64,000 nucleotides of DNA, taken from contig CBDCDC010000001.1 of the NCBI GenBank assembly GCA_965215195.1, positions 352,001 through 416,000 on the forward strand, written 5' to 3'. Both the position numbers and the translations under genes were made by a program. Shown piece after piece: positions 12,149 to 20,974 of this stretch; position 1 is the first letter of the stretch, and each line of letters starts with the position of its first letter. The notes under the pieces are model-generated. The model ran no database searches, was not told where the DNA came from, and was given only the letters and a program-made list of their open reading frames with translations. The DNA is from Candidatus Latescibacterota bacterium (lineage in GTDB: Bacteria; Latescibacterota; UBA2968; UBA8231).

Positions 12149-13141
12149 CTATTTGTCGTCCAGCCAGCTCATCATCGCGCGCAGCCGGGTGCCGACGGTC
12201 TCGATCAGGTGCGCGGAATCGCGGCGCTTGATCGCATTGTACACCGGGCGGCCCACTTGGTTTTCGGCCAGCCATTCCCGCGCAAAGTGGCCGTTTTGCA
12301 CGTCGGCGAGAATTTGCTTCATTTCCGCCCGCGCCTGCTCGGTTATCACCCGGCGGCCACGCGTCAAGTCGCCGAACTCGGCAGTATCCGAAATCGACGA
12401 GCGCATGTTGGCGATGCCCCCTTCGTAGATCAGATCGACGATCAGCTTAACTTCGTGCAGGCACTCGAAATAGGCGACCTCGGGCTGGTACCCGGCCTCG
12501 ACCAGCGTGTCGAACCCAGCGCGGATCAGCTCGGTCAAACCGCCGCACAGCACCACTTGCTCGCCGAACAAGTCGGTCTCGGTCTCCTCGCGGAAGGTCG
12601 TCTCAATAACCCCGGCCCGGCCGCAGCCAATCCCCTTGGCATAGGCCAAGCCGACCTCGTGCGCTCGGCCAGTGGCATCTTGGTAAACGGCCAACAGGCC
12701 CGGCACGCCACCCCCCTGCTGGTACACGCGGCGCACCAAATGCCCCGGCCCCTTGGGCGCGACCATGAACACATCGACATCGGCCGGCGGCACCACCTGC
12801 CCAAAGTGGATGTTAAACCCGTGGGCAAAGGCGAGGGCATTGCCCGCTTTGAGATGGGGGCGGATATCGGCTTCGTACACGGCCTTCTGGACCTCGTCGT
12901 TGATCAGGATCACCGCGATATCGCCTCGCTTGCTGGCCTCGGCCACGTCGGCTACCTCCAGCCCGGCGGCCTCGGCCTCAGCGCGTCGCTGGCTACCCGA
13001 GCGCAGGCCCACCACCACCTTGACGCCGCTTTCCGCAAGGTTGAGCGAATGCGCGTGACCCTGGCTGCCATAGCCGATGACGGCCACGGTCTTGTCCGAG
13101 AGCAGCTCGAGATTGGCGTCGTTGTCGTAGTACATCTGCAT
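12149..13141 (-). CDS. ilvC: Ketol-acid reductoisomerase
   Basis: [44 protein letters not shown]. Confidence 0.97.
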   Translation of the reverse strand: MQMYYDNDANLELLSDKTVAVIGYGSQGHAHSLNLAESGVKVVVGLRSGSQRRAEAEAAGLEVADVAEASKRGDIAVILINDEVQKAVYEADIRPHLKAGNALAFAHGFNIHFGQVVPPADVDVFMVAPKGPGHLVRRVYQQGGGVPGLLAVYQDATGRAHEVGLAYAKGIGCGRAGVIETTFREETETDLFGEQVVLCGGLTELIRAGFDTLVEAGYQPEVAYFECLHEVKLIVDLIYEGGIANMRSSISDTAEFGDLTRGRRVITEQARAEMKQILADVQNGHFAREWLAENQVGRPVYNAIKRRDSAHLIETVGTRLRAMMSWLDDK

Positions 13142-13262
13142 GGAAATTCTCCTTCACTGAGGGCGTTGAGATTGTTTGATAGACATAGTTCGCTGACAGC
13201 CGGCCAGTTGCAGCGGCTTCGTCCGTTAATTGGGCTGTCAAACGTGGAACGAGGAGCGAAGC

Positions 13263-13376
13263 CTACTTGATCGGCCGGCCAATAATAAGTAGGTCGAGGA
13301 GGAGAAGTCGGAGGCGCACCCACACTGGCGTCGGGCGGAAAATACGCGGGGACTGGGACGGCGCACTCATGGGCAT
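13263..13376 (-). promoter_or_regulatory. Branched-chain amino acid attenuator leader peptide (37 aa)
   Basis: MPMSAPSQSPRIFRPTPVWVRLRLLLLDLLIIGRPIK; hairpin CCTACTT/AAGTAGG overlaps the control codons; lies between promoter and ilvC. Confidence 0.8.
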
Positions 13377-13423
13377 TAAACCTAAGTAATCCAAGTAGTT
13401 AGCTTTCAATTTAGAAAGGTTTC

Positions 13424-13452
13424 AATATACGGTGCACCAAGGGGAATGTCAA
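13424..13452 (-). promoter_or_regulatory. sigma70 promoter of ilvC-leu operon
   Basis: TTGACA-N17-TATATT. Confidence 0.85.
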
Positions 13453-13522
13453 GCGATGTAGCGGAATCGCCCATCTTGCCCTAATTTACCGCACGCATTG
13501 AATCCCAACCGCGAAATTCCCT

Positions 13523-14509
13523 GTGGCCGACACCTTTGAAATCCAGCTCGTCGCCGACGACACCGCTTGGGATGCCTTCGTCCGCCAAGCCGTCGGCGGT
13601 ACGGTATTTTCCACCAGCGCGTGGCTCCGCTGTGCTGCGGCCGCCACCGGCGGCCAAGTCCATCGCCTCGGTTGCTATCGCAATGGCTGCCTCGTCGCTG
13701 GCCTCAGTGGCCTGGCCCGCCGGCGCATGGGCCTCTACCGCCTCGAAACCCCGGAACTGACGCCCCACACCGGCCTGCTTCTAGCGCCGGTCGCCAGCAA
13801 AAAACCAGCCACGGTCGAAGCCGCCCAACACCGCGCTTGTACGCACCTGCTTGACTATCTCGCCAAACATTACCACCGCGTCTTCCTAGTCCACGCGCCA
13901 GCCATCGCCGACGTGCGCCCCTTCACTTGGCAGGGCTGGGACGCGCACCTGCGCTACACCTATCGGTTGACTCTCGGCGCTAGCGACACCCTCTGGGAAG
14001 GGCTGGCAAACCTCAGACGCCGCGACATCCGCAAAGCCGAAAAACTGGGCTATCAGCTTCAAGCCACGGATGACACCGCGCTCTTTCGGCGGCAATACGA
14101 AGCCACCTACACCAACCAAACCAGCGCCCCGCCGGTCGCCTCAGCTATGGCCGAGCGCTTTGTCGCTTTAGTCCTAGAGGCCGGCCTAGCCAAGGCGTAC
14201 AAAATCGCCGCCGCAGACAAAGAGACCGCGGGCCTCGTCGTCTTTGTCGAGGGCCGCGACACCGCTTATTTCTGGACCGGGGGTTCGGATCCCGCCTTCA
14301 ACCACACGGGCGCGAATTCGCTTTTGTTCTGGCAGTACTGGGCGACCTGTTCCCTCCAGCGTTTCGACTTCGTCGGTGCCAACATTCCATCCATCGCCTT
14401 TTTTAAGCGCGGCTTTGGCTGCGACCTCGTGCCGTACTATGCGGTTGTCGGCTACAAGAGCCGCTGGGTCAAACGCGCTTTTGGCGTGCGCCGAGCGCTG
14501 CGCGGCTGA
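13523..14509 (+). CDS. GNAT/FemAB-like N-acetyltransferase
   Basis: WDAFV...GTVFSTSAWL, RRDIRKAEK, FDFVGAN..SIAFFKRGFG. Confidence 0.82.
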   Translation: MADTFEIQLVADDTAWDAFVRQAVGGTVFSTSAWLRCAAAATGGQVHRLGCYRNGCLVAGLSGLARRRMGLYRLETPELTPHTGLLLAPVASKKPATVEAAQHRACTHLLDYLAKHYHRVFLVHAPAIADVRPFTWQGWDAHLRYTYRLTLGASDTLWEGLANLRRRDIRKAEKLGYQLQATDDTALFRRQYEATYTNQTSAPPVASAMAERFVALVLEAGLAKAYKIAAADKETAGLVVFVEGRDTAYFWTGGSDPAFNHTGANSLLFWQYWATCSLQRFDFVGANIPSIAFFKRGFGCDLVPYYAVVGYKSRWVKRAFGVRRALRG

Positions 14510-14515
14510 CGGCTC

Positions 14516-16486
14516 TCAATAGTGCAATTGCGTCACCGACTTAGAAATCAACGCAATGGCCACGGCCGACATGCCCACCAAACCCATCCCACACGCATAC
14601 CCAGCCAACAACACCGGCGCGTATTGCCGCCACTGCTGCGCCCCAAAGCGCGGCTCCAGCCAATAGCGGGCCAGCAGGGCCCCGGCCATTTCCGGGATTA
14701 GCAAATGCGGCAGACCCGATAGGCCGCGCACAAACCCGTACACCAGCGAAATCGGCCACCCCAACCACGACATAACCCCAAACGCCCCCCCGGCCAGCAC
14801 AAAACTTCCCGCGATCCACCAGCCCTTAATCGCTTGGTCAAACAGCGTTTCCCCGCCCAACGTCGCCGAGTACCACAAACACTGGCGCAGCGCGATGAGA
14901 TGCCAATACGTCTGCGCGTATTGGAAGGTCGGCGAGGGAATGGGCTCCATCTGCCAGACCAGCGACCAAAACACAAAGCCACAGACCAAGCTCAGCGGCA
15001 ACAGCAACAGCTCGGCCTTGATAATCGACGAGAAGCGCGTCCCGGTCAGCTCAACCTCGCGGAAAAGCTGGGCGCGCCGGCCGTGGTCGGAGTATGGAAT
15101 GGGCGCGAACCATATATCAATGCCTTTGTAGCCGCTTAGGATAAAAGCGCCTTCGCGCAGCAGCGGGAAGCTGACCAACTGCCCCGTCAGCCCGGCCATG
15201 CGCGCATTGACGTACGAAATCACCGGCGTCACTACGAAGCCAAAGAGCAGCAAAAAGACCAGCGGAAACTCGTCGTCGTCTAAGAGCAACACGCAGAGCC
15301 AGACCATGGCCAGCGTCGACAGCGCGTACCCGACAATCGCTATCCACAGCGGAAAGTCGCCCCGCCCGGCCGGCTTATCCTGCAACGGGCGGTGCCCGCC
15401 CTGACGGCGCGCGGCCCGCACCGACAGCACGGCGTGGACCAAGCCAATCGCGCCCACGGCCGCGCCCGCGCCAATGTACACGCTCATCCACACGTCGATG
15501 TCGTTGGCGAAGTTCGTCAAGATCGCGTCCATGCCCGGCCGCCAGTGCGGCAGCGCACCAGCGTAATAGAGAATTGGGCTACCCAAGGCGTGGACCATGG
15601 CCGCGGCAAACGTGCCGACGACGATCCAAAACGGCAGCACCATCCCCAACAGCACCAAGCCCAAGTCCGTACCAATGCCCAAGGGCGCGGCCGGCAAAAT
15701 GCCCTCCGTAGTGCGCGTCAGGTCGATCCAAGGAATGGGCAGCAGGGCGATGGGATCGCTGGCGATCAACCCGGTCAGCGCCGGCAAGCCCACGTACACC
15801 GCGCCGAACAGCAAACCAATCCCCATGCCCACTGAGAAAACCCGCCAGCGCCAGCTATCCCGCCCTTCGTCTCCTTCGGCGAGGGCCATCGCCCCCTGCG
15901 CGGCCACCGGTGCCAACGGGAAGGGCAAGCGCTCCACATCGGACGTGACCCGAAAGAGGATGTAGCCGAGCGTGAACCACTCAACCCGCGACAAAACCTG
16001 CGAGGCGACCAGCACGACCACTGGCGGAATCCACGCCCGGTGCAAAAAGCTGCGCCCGACCAGCGCGTCTGAACCAATTGGCGGCGCAACCCATTCCGGG
16101 ATGTGCTCGGCAATGCCAAAGCCGGCCGCGGCCTGCGACTGGGCGAGGTACTGGTTCCACACTAGTTGCCCAAACGGCCCGCCGGCCAGCATGGTGCCGC
16201 CGATGACGCCGGCCAAGCCGCCGGCAATGTAGTAGATCAGGTAAATCTCCTGGCGCGTCAGCGAAGAAAAGGAACGCCGCGCCAGTTCGGAAAACAGGAT
16301 GATGGTCACCCACTCGGCGGCCGCGCCGAGCGATGCGCCGGCGATCAGGCCCATGTAAATGGCCCCGGGCATCATGATGAAGCCGACGAAAAACGCCCCG
16401 GCCACAGTGCGCACAGTAAAGCCCTCGCGAAAGCGCGTCGGGCGCTGCATCAAGTCGCGGTAGCTAGTTAGTTCGTCGGTTCTCAC
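14516..16486 (-). CDS. OPT-like multi-pass 'peptide transporter'
   Basis: Many TM helices; EGFTVRTV.GAFFVGFIMMPGAIY, DVERLPFPLAPV; GTG start overlaps upstream stop. Confidence 0.7.
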   Translation of the reverse strand: MRTDELTSYRDLMQRPTRFREGFTVRTVAGAFFVGFIMMPGAIYMGLIAGASLGAAAEWVTIILFSELARRSFSSLTRQEIYLIYYIAGGLAGVIGGTMLAGGPFGQLVWNQYLAQSQAAAGFGIAEHIPEWVAPPIGSDALVGRSFLHRAWIPPVVVLVASQVLSRVEWFTLGYILFRVTSDVERLPFPLAPVAAQGAMALAEGDEGRDSWRWRVFSVGMGIGLLFGAVYVGLPALTGLIASDPIALLPIPWIDLTRTTEGILPAAPLGIGTDLGLVLLGMVLPFWIVVGTFAAAMVHALGSPILYYAGALPHWRPGMDAILTNFANDIDVWMSVYIGAGAAVGAIGLVHAVLSVRAARRQGGHRPLQDKPAGRGDFPLWIAIVGYALSTLAMVWLCVLLLDDDEFPLVFLLLFGFVVTPVISYVNARMAGLTGQLVSFPLLREGAFILSGYKGIDIWFAPIPYSDHGRRAQLFREVELTGTRFSSIIKAELLLLPLSLVCGFVFWSLVWQMEPIPSPTFQYAQTYWHLIALRQCLWYSATLGGETLFDQAIKGWWIAGSFVLAGGAFGVMSWLGWPISLVYGFVRGLSGLPHLLIPEMAGALLARYWLEPRFGAQQWRQYAPVLLAGYACGMGLVGMSAVAIALISKSVTQLHY

Positions 16487-18387
16487 GGCCGGTATCCACC
16501 CCCCATCTCGCCCTGCAACAGCGCGACCGCCGCCCACAACAGGCGCAGCGCGACCTCGCCGCAAATCATCCCCAAGAAAAACGGCATGACCCGGCGGTAG
16601 GTCTGGGCCCCGCCGTAGCGCACGGCCAGCCACTTGCACAGCCAACCGCACAACACCGACCCCCACACCAGCCAGCCAAAACCCGTGCCAAACACAAAGC
16701 CCATGGGATGCAAGGGCCAGCGCAGAAAGTGCTGGCGCATCAATGCCAAGAAATAGGTAAAGCCCGCCCCGGCCGCGTGAAATCCCAAGCGCACCCAGTC
16801 CGTGCCCCCATCTACTGTGCCCGCGTCTTTGAACAAGTAGTTGTAGTAGCGGCCAATGCGCGCCTCAGACCGCGCACCGCCCTGCTCCTGCAAGGCGAAC
16901 AGCCCGTATTCGTAGATCGTTTCCAGCGCAAACACATAGCCGGCCCCCAGCCCGACAGCCAATCCCAAAGCCATCCCCCAAATCAAGCGGCGCGGCGACA
17001 CCCCGTGCATCTCGGCCAGTTTAAGCCCCTCAAATTGCAGGGCCGGCCAGATCCCAATCATCGTAAAGCCAAACACCGCCAAAAAGCCAAAGCCCATGTA
17101 GGTCTCGTCGGCAAAACGCCCGGCCCCGGTTCCCAAGGCCACGAAGAACAGGTAGCCCACAATTTGCGGCATCCCCACAATGGGCAGGCCTCCGTCGATC
17201 CGCAGCCGCGCAAACGTCAATGCCAACAGCAACACCAGCAACAGCGCCGCAATGCCCATCAGCGGCGGCACCCCCAAAGCCGTAGTCCACGCCCACAGCA
17301 ACGCCAGCCCGGCCGCCAGCCCCCACGTCGCCCGGCTGCGCCAAGCGATGGCCGCGGCCAGTGCCCGCCGCGCCGACCACAGGCTGAACAGCCCCAAAAA
17401 CAGCAAGCCGCCGCGCGCCTGCGTCATAAAAAAGGGGAAGTGACTGGGCCAATCTAACCACGGCGATCCGTGCCCGGGGATGAAATCGCCGCGATACTCC
17501 AGACGCCCGAGAAAGTGGGCCACCAACAATTGTGCGCGGGTGAGCAAATAGAAAAACCACGTGCTGAACGACACTTCCACGGGCGCGAGAAAGGCCGCAC
17601 CCACCAGCAAGGGGACAAACTCGAAGTGAAACGGCGACTCAAAGGGCGCCATGGCTTTCCACGGATCGTCGAGGAGGAAGTGAGCCATGTCCAAACGCGA
17701 GACGATCTCGGGCACGGACGGCATGTAGTGGTGCCACCCATTGATCCCCAACAGCACACCCGGCACCAACGCGCCCCACCAAAACAGCCGCTGGCCAAAC
17801 AGGTCTCCGGCAATGAGGGCGCGAGGGACTTCGAGCAATGGGAACCCCAGCCGCTCGGTCTCCAGCCAGCGCTGCCGCAAAAGCCACACCAAGCAGAAGC
17901 AGGTGAGAAAAAACGTGCCAAAAAACGCGCTCCACATCGCCAGCGGCCACAGCCACGCCCCCCAAGGCACGGCCGCGCCGCCTTCAAACGCTCCGATAGC
18001 CGGTGCCTCATTCGGCCCGCCCGGGACCAGCCAGTCCGGGACGACTTTCAGAAAGCGGTAATAGGGGCCGGTCGGCTGGGCAAAACCCCCGTAGAAACCC
18101 GTCACCAAGGCCGGCAGAAACCGGTGCATCAGGCCGGAAGCGGTCGCCGACACCCCGATGACCAGCGCAGCGTAGAGCACCGCACGATCCCCCGGGCCGA
18201 GCAAGCGACGCAACAAGGTCGCGGCTGCCAAGGCCCCTAAGGGCACGGCGAGAAAGACCTGCGCCCCCGTCTCACTTCCGGCCCCGGCCAAATGCGGGCC
18301 GTTGTACAGCAACTCAACGCGCTGGAGCAACCACCCGCTCGCGACCGTGATGCCGACGATGAGCAATGCCAAGCGCAGGGTCACCAT
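16483..18387 (-). CDS. DUF6785/DUF6784-type multi-pass membrane protein
   Basis: W..ERLGFPL, WPLHPMGF, K...RYGG..YR...PFFLG.I.GE. Confidence 0.75.
   Translation of the reverse strand: MVTLRLALLIVGITVASGWLLQRVELLYNGPHLAGAGSETGAQVFLAVPLGALAAATLLRRLLGPGDRAVLYAALVIGVSATASGLMHRFLPALVTGFYGGFAQPTGPYYRFLKVVPDWLVPGGPNEAPAIGAFEGGAAVPWGAWLWPLAMWSAFFGTFFLTCFCLVWLLRQRWLETERLGFPLLEVPRALIAGDLFGQRLFWWGALVPGVLLGINGWHHYMPSVPEIVSRLDMAHFLLDDPWKAMAPFESPFHFEFVPLLVGAAFLAPVEVSFSTWFFYLLTRAQLLVAHFLGRLEYRGDFIPGHGSPWLDWPSHFPFFMTQARGGLLFLGLFSLWSARRALAAAIAWRSRATWGLAAGLALLWAWTTALGVPPLMGIAALLLVLLLALTFARLRIDGGLPIVGMPQIVGYLFFVALGTGAGRFADETYMGFGFLAVFGFTMIGIWPALQFEGLKLAEMHGVSPRRLIWGMALGLAVGLGAGYVFALETIYEYGLFALQEQGGARSEARIGRYYNYLFKDAGTVDGGTDWVRLGFHAAGAGFTYFLALMRQHFLRWPLHPMGFVFGTGFGWLVWGSVLCGWLCKWLAVRYGGAQTYRRVMPFFLGMICGEVALRLLWAAVALLQGEMGGGYRP
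18279..18378 (-). repeat. 100-bp direct repeat, copy 1 (5' part of DUF6785 gene); copy 2 at 20864-20963
   Basis: Identical sequences flanking an AT-rich islet. Confidence 0.95.
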
Positions 18388-18505
18388 CTCAGAAACCTTT
18401 CTAACATTCCTTGCGTTGTCCCCTAGCCGCCCAACCTTTGAGGCTTTAGACCCCCCCCCTAACTACACGACACCAATAACTTGTCGTTGATGGGCGATGA
18501 GTCCG

Positions 18506-18552
18506 GGATCGAGGGCGTCCCGCCCTCGACGAGGGCAAGATGCCCTCGATCC
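18506..18552. repeat. REP-like tandem hairpins (GAGGGC...GCCCTC)
   Basis: GGATCGAGGGCGTCCCGCCCTCGACGAGGGCAAGATGCCCTCGATCC. Confidence 0.65.
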
Positions 18553-18606
18553 GAGGGTAAGGCCCTACTGTCGTGTACTTAGGACCACCCCAATAAAAGC
18601 CCTATA

Positions 18607-18634
18607 TTGACTTAGGGGCTTGGTATTCTACTAT
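18607..18634 (+). promoter_or_regulatory. Putative sigma70 promoter of the islet
   Basis: TTGACT-N16-TACTAT, overlapped by an imperfect inverted repeat (AAGCCC.TA...TAGGGGCTT). Confidence 0.45.
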
Positions 18635-18738
18635 ATAGGTTAGACTAAAGAAACCGAGTATGAATATTATAAAAGCGGCCTCATACCGGTCCAAATTAAG
18701 GATATTCCTCTTCTGGAACGAAGAGAGCGAAACGCACT

Positions 18739-18947
18739 ATGAATCGAAACCTCGAAGCACTGATTGAAGAACACGCCAAGGTCATGGCCGAGCGAAGGGC
18801 CCCGGCCAAGTTACAGAGGATAAGAACGCGCCGGGCGTCAAGGCTGTCGTCGAACAGCTCAACAGGCGGTTCCGGGACTTTCAGGCAAAAGAGCACGTCG
18901 ATATGGAACGTATCCTTGGCGTAGGCTGCGATGGTGACGCGATTTAG
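18739..18947 (+). pseudogene. Small hypothetical gene, possibly frameshifted near 18800
   Basis: MNRNLEALIEEHAKVMAERR; a more protein-like continuation EDKNAPGVKAVVEQLNRRFRDFQAKEHVDMERILG lies in another frame. Confidence 0.4.
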
Positions 18948-18977
18948 GATCTCAAAGTTATTTTTAGAGGAGGACTC

Positions 18978-19571
18978 ATAGGTAATGATAGCAGCGATCC
19001 AGTACTGCCTGAGCCAAAGACGGAAGCTGCCAAGCAAGCACGGAGAAGTTTTGAGCACCGAGTTGAAGAACAGCTAAAGCAAGAGGAGCAGATTGCCTTC
19101 AACATTCTAGTGTGGGGCATGTCGCCCGACAGAGACGCTCCCATTGCCAGAAAACGAAAAGATATCGGTAATCGGCTTATTGATGACGGCCACAATGCCA
19201 TGTTTAGCGAGGATCTTCCAAACCTAGGCAACGACCGCAACCGTTCAGAAAAGAGCAAAGAGTTTGCTCAAGCGAAGGCTGCTGACCTAGTTATTATTCT
19301 TCTTGAGGATTCACCCGGTGCACTCGCTGAAGCATGTGACTTCTGTGACCATCCAGACTTGGCTACAAAAATCTACGTTATGGCTCCAGACTCGTACCAA
19401 GAGAGTTATCCGGGCCAAGGAACTCTAGAAGAATTAGATGAAGGGTACGGTGGTGTGTACTGGTACCAGCAAGGTGATGTCGAAGCCTGCCATCTTCTGA
19501 CACAAGCTAGCAAGCGTGTAAAAGCACGGCGGAGCATGGCTTATCGCCACCAAATAAGGGAGTCCAACTGA
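18978..19571 (+). CDS. NDT/TIR-like fold protein resembling retron-effector family; ATA at expected start position
   Basis: ILVWG...KRKDI..RL..DGHNAMFSED...E.AQAKAADLVIILLEDSPGALAE; frame open to ATA just after GAGGAGG. Confidence 0.6.
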   Translation: MGNDSSDPVLPEPKTEAAKQARRSFEHRVEEQLKQEEQIAFNILVWGMSPDRDAPIARKRKDIGNRLIDDGHNAMFSEDLPNLGNDRNRSEKSKEFAQAKAADLVIILLEDSPGALAEACDFCDHPDLATKIYVMAPDSYQESYPGQGTLEELDEGYGGVYWYQQGDVEACHLLTQASKRVKARRSMAYRHQIRESN

Positions 19572-20638
19572 TGCCCAGCACAAGAAAGATGGATTGGGAA
19601 GCAGCCGAGGCGATGCAAGATAAGAAAACTATGTTCCTCTTGTATGCAGTATCGGAAGGTCTCTGCCTGCATATCAACGACTTCTCCGAGCATTTCGAGG
19701 GATTGGTTGCAGAAGAGGTGCAAACCCTTGTTACGGCTGGCTTCCTAGAGGAGTCCGCTGGACTCCTCAGCGTTACGGCAAAAGGACGTTTAGTATTGGG
19801 CGATCTTGCAAACGCTACAGTAAGCAAAGAAGAGGACCAAAAAAGAAAGAACAACATCGAATTTTCTTCAATTCATATCACTAAATCTTTGCGGGAAGCA
19901 ATTAGAGGTGCTGCCGAGTTGAGTGAACGGAGTGAAGAAGATTTTATTCATCAAACACTTGCTTTTATGGTTGGGCGCATAATTCGAGAGAACTGCGAAG
20001 TTGTCAATTTACGTGGTGAGACTGTTGACGAAGATCTTGAACGTTTGAAGTATTGGTGGTCTATGCAAAAGGAAGGAAAGAAGGTTCGTCTTCGTATGGG
20101 AGGTAACTCAGATCACTTTGAGATTAACTCCAAAGCAATGTCCAAAATGGAAGAGTGGTTAAAAGACAAAGAGGACATAGATGTCCCTGCCTATGACCCA
20201 TTTGAGTTGCTTTGGAAGAATATCGAGCACGAAGAAGAGTGGAAGAGACTGGAATGGAAAAAAGAATTAGAGTTACAAGACAAAAAAATTGCACCTGATG
20301 AGTATGAGAAGTTTTCGACTGAGGAAGGGCGAAAATTCAGAGAGGAAAGAGGCTATCTGCAATCAGAAGTTCCTTTTGAGTTTGTTCCCGGAATTCAAGC
20401 AAGTGCTCTTATTCCCGAAATCCCGTCTGAGTCCGAACAGCTTTTGCAGCTAGCGGAAACCATTGAGACAGGCACTTTTTCTTTACGCGATGCTCTTCTC
20501 TATTTTCTTATTCTGAGAGAGGGAAAAAGAACAATAATAAAATGGGTGGGGAAGAAACGCGCTAAGAAAATTTTAGGTATAGTTAAAACCCGTATCAGGA
20601 AAGCTCTTGACGACAAGATAGACATGAAGGAAAAATGA
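19571..20638 (+). CDS. Hypothetical protein with N-terminal wHTH-like and RHH-like segments
   Basis: VQTLVTAGFLEE..GLLSVTAKG; SIHITKSLREAIRGAAELSERSEEDFI; coupled to upstream gene (TGATG); AT-rich. Confidence 0.6.
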   Translation: MPSTRKMDWEAAEAMQDKKTMFLLYAVSEGLCLHINDFSEHFEGLVAEEVQTLVTAGFLEESAGLLSVTAKGRLVLGDLANATVSKEEDQKRKNNIEFSSIHITKSLREAIRGAAELSERSEEDFIHQTLAFMVGRIIRENCEVVNLRGETVDEDLERLKYWWSMQKEGKKVRLRMGGNSDHFEINSKAMSKMEEWLKDKEDIDVPAYDPFELLWKNIEHEEEWKRLEWKKELELQDKKIAPDEYEKFSTEEGRKFREERGYLQSEVPFEFVPGIQASALIPEIPSESEQLLQLAETIETGTFSLRDALLYFLILREGKRTIIKWVGKKRAKKILGIVKTRIRKALDDKIDMKEK

Positions 20639-20863
20639 CCCGTGAAAACGATACCAAGACGATACCGAACTGACCTCCAAACGATCAGCCGCGCCTAAGA
20701 ACAGGACACAGGCCCACGCCTTGTGTGCCTTGGTCTGCCTAGCTTATCTTGTGCGCCACCAATAAAATGGCCCTTGTCCGCTCTTACCCGCCTTGCTCGC
20801 CTTTTCCCCGTCCTTGCCGTACGACATAGCCGCGATCTTGGCCGTTGTGGGTCTATTCTAGCG

Positions 20864-20963
20864 CGGCCCCGGCCAAATGCGGGCCGTTGTACAGCAACTC
20901 AACGCGCTGGAGCAACCACCCGCTCGCGACCGTGATGCCGACGATGAGCAATGCCAAGCGCAG
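20864..20963 (-). repeat. 100-bp direct repeat, copy 2 (truncated former start of DUF6785 gene)
   Basis: ATG at 20972 gives MAALRLALL...HLAGAALE-stop directly after the FtsX gene stop. Confidence 0.93.
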
Positions 20964-20974
20964 CGCGGCCATGC

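Noticed and set aside
18400-20860. Complete retron
   Set aside because: No reverse transcriptase (YADD) ORF or recognisable msr-msd in the islet or window.
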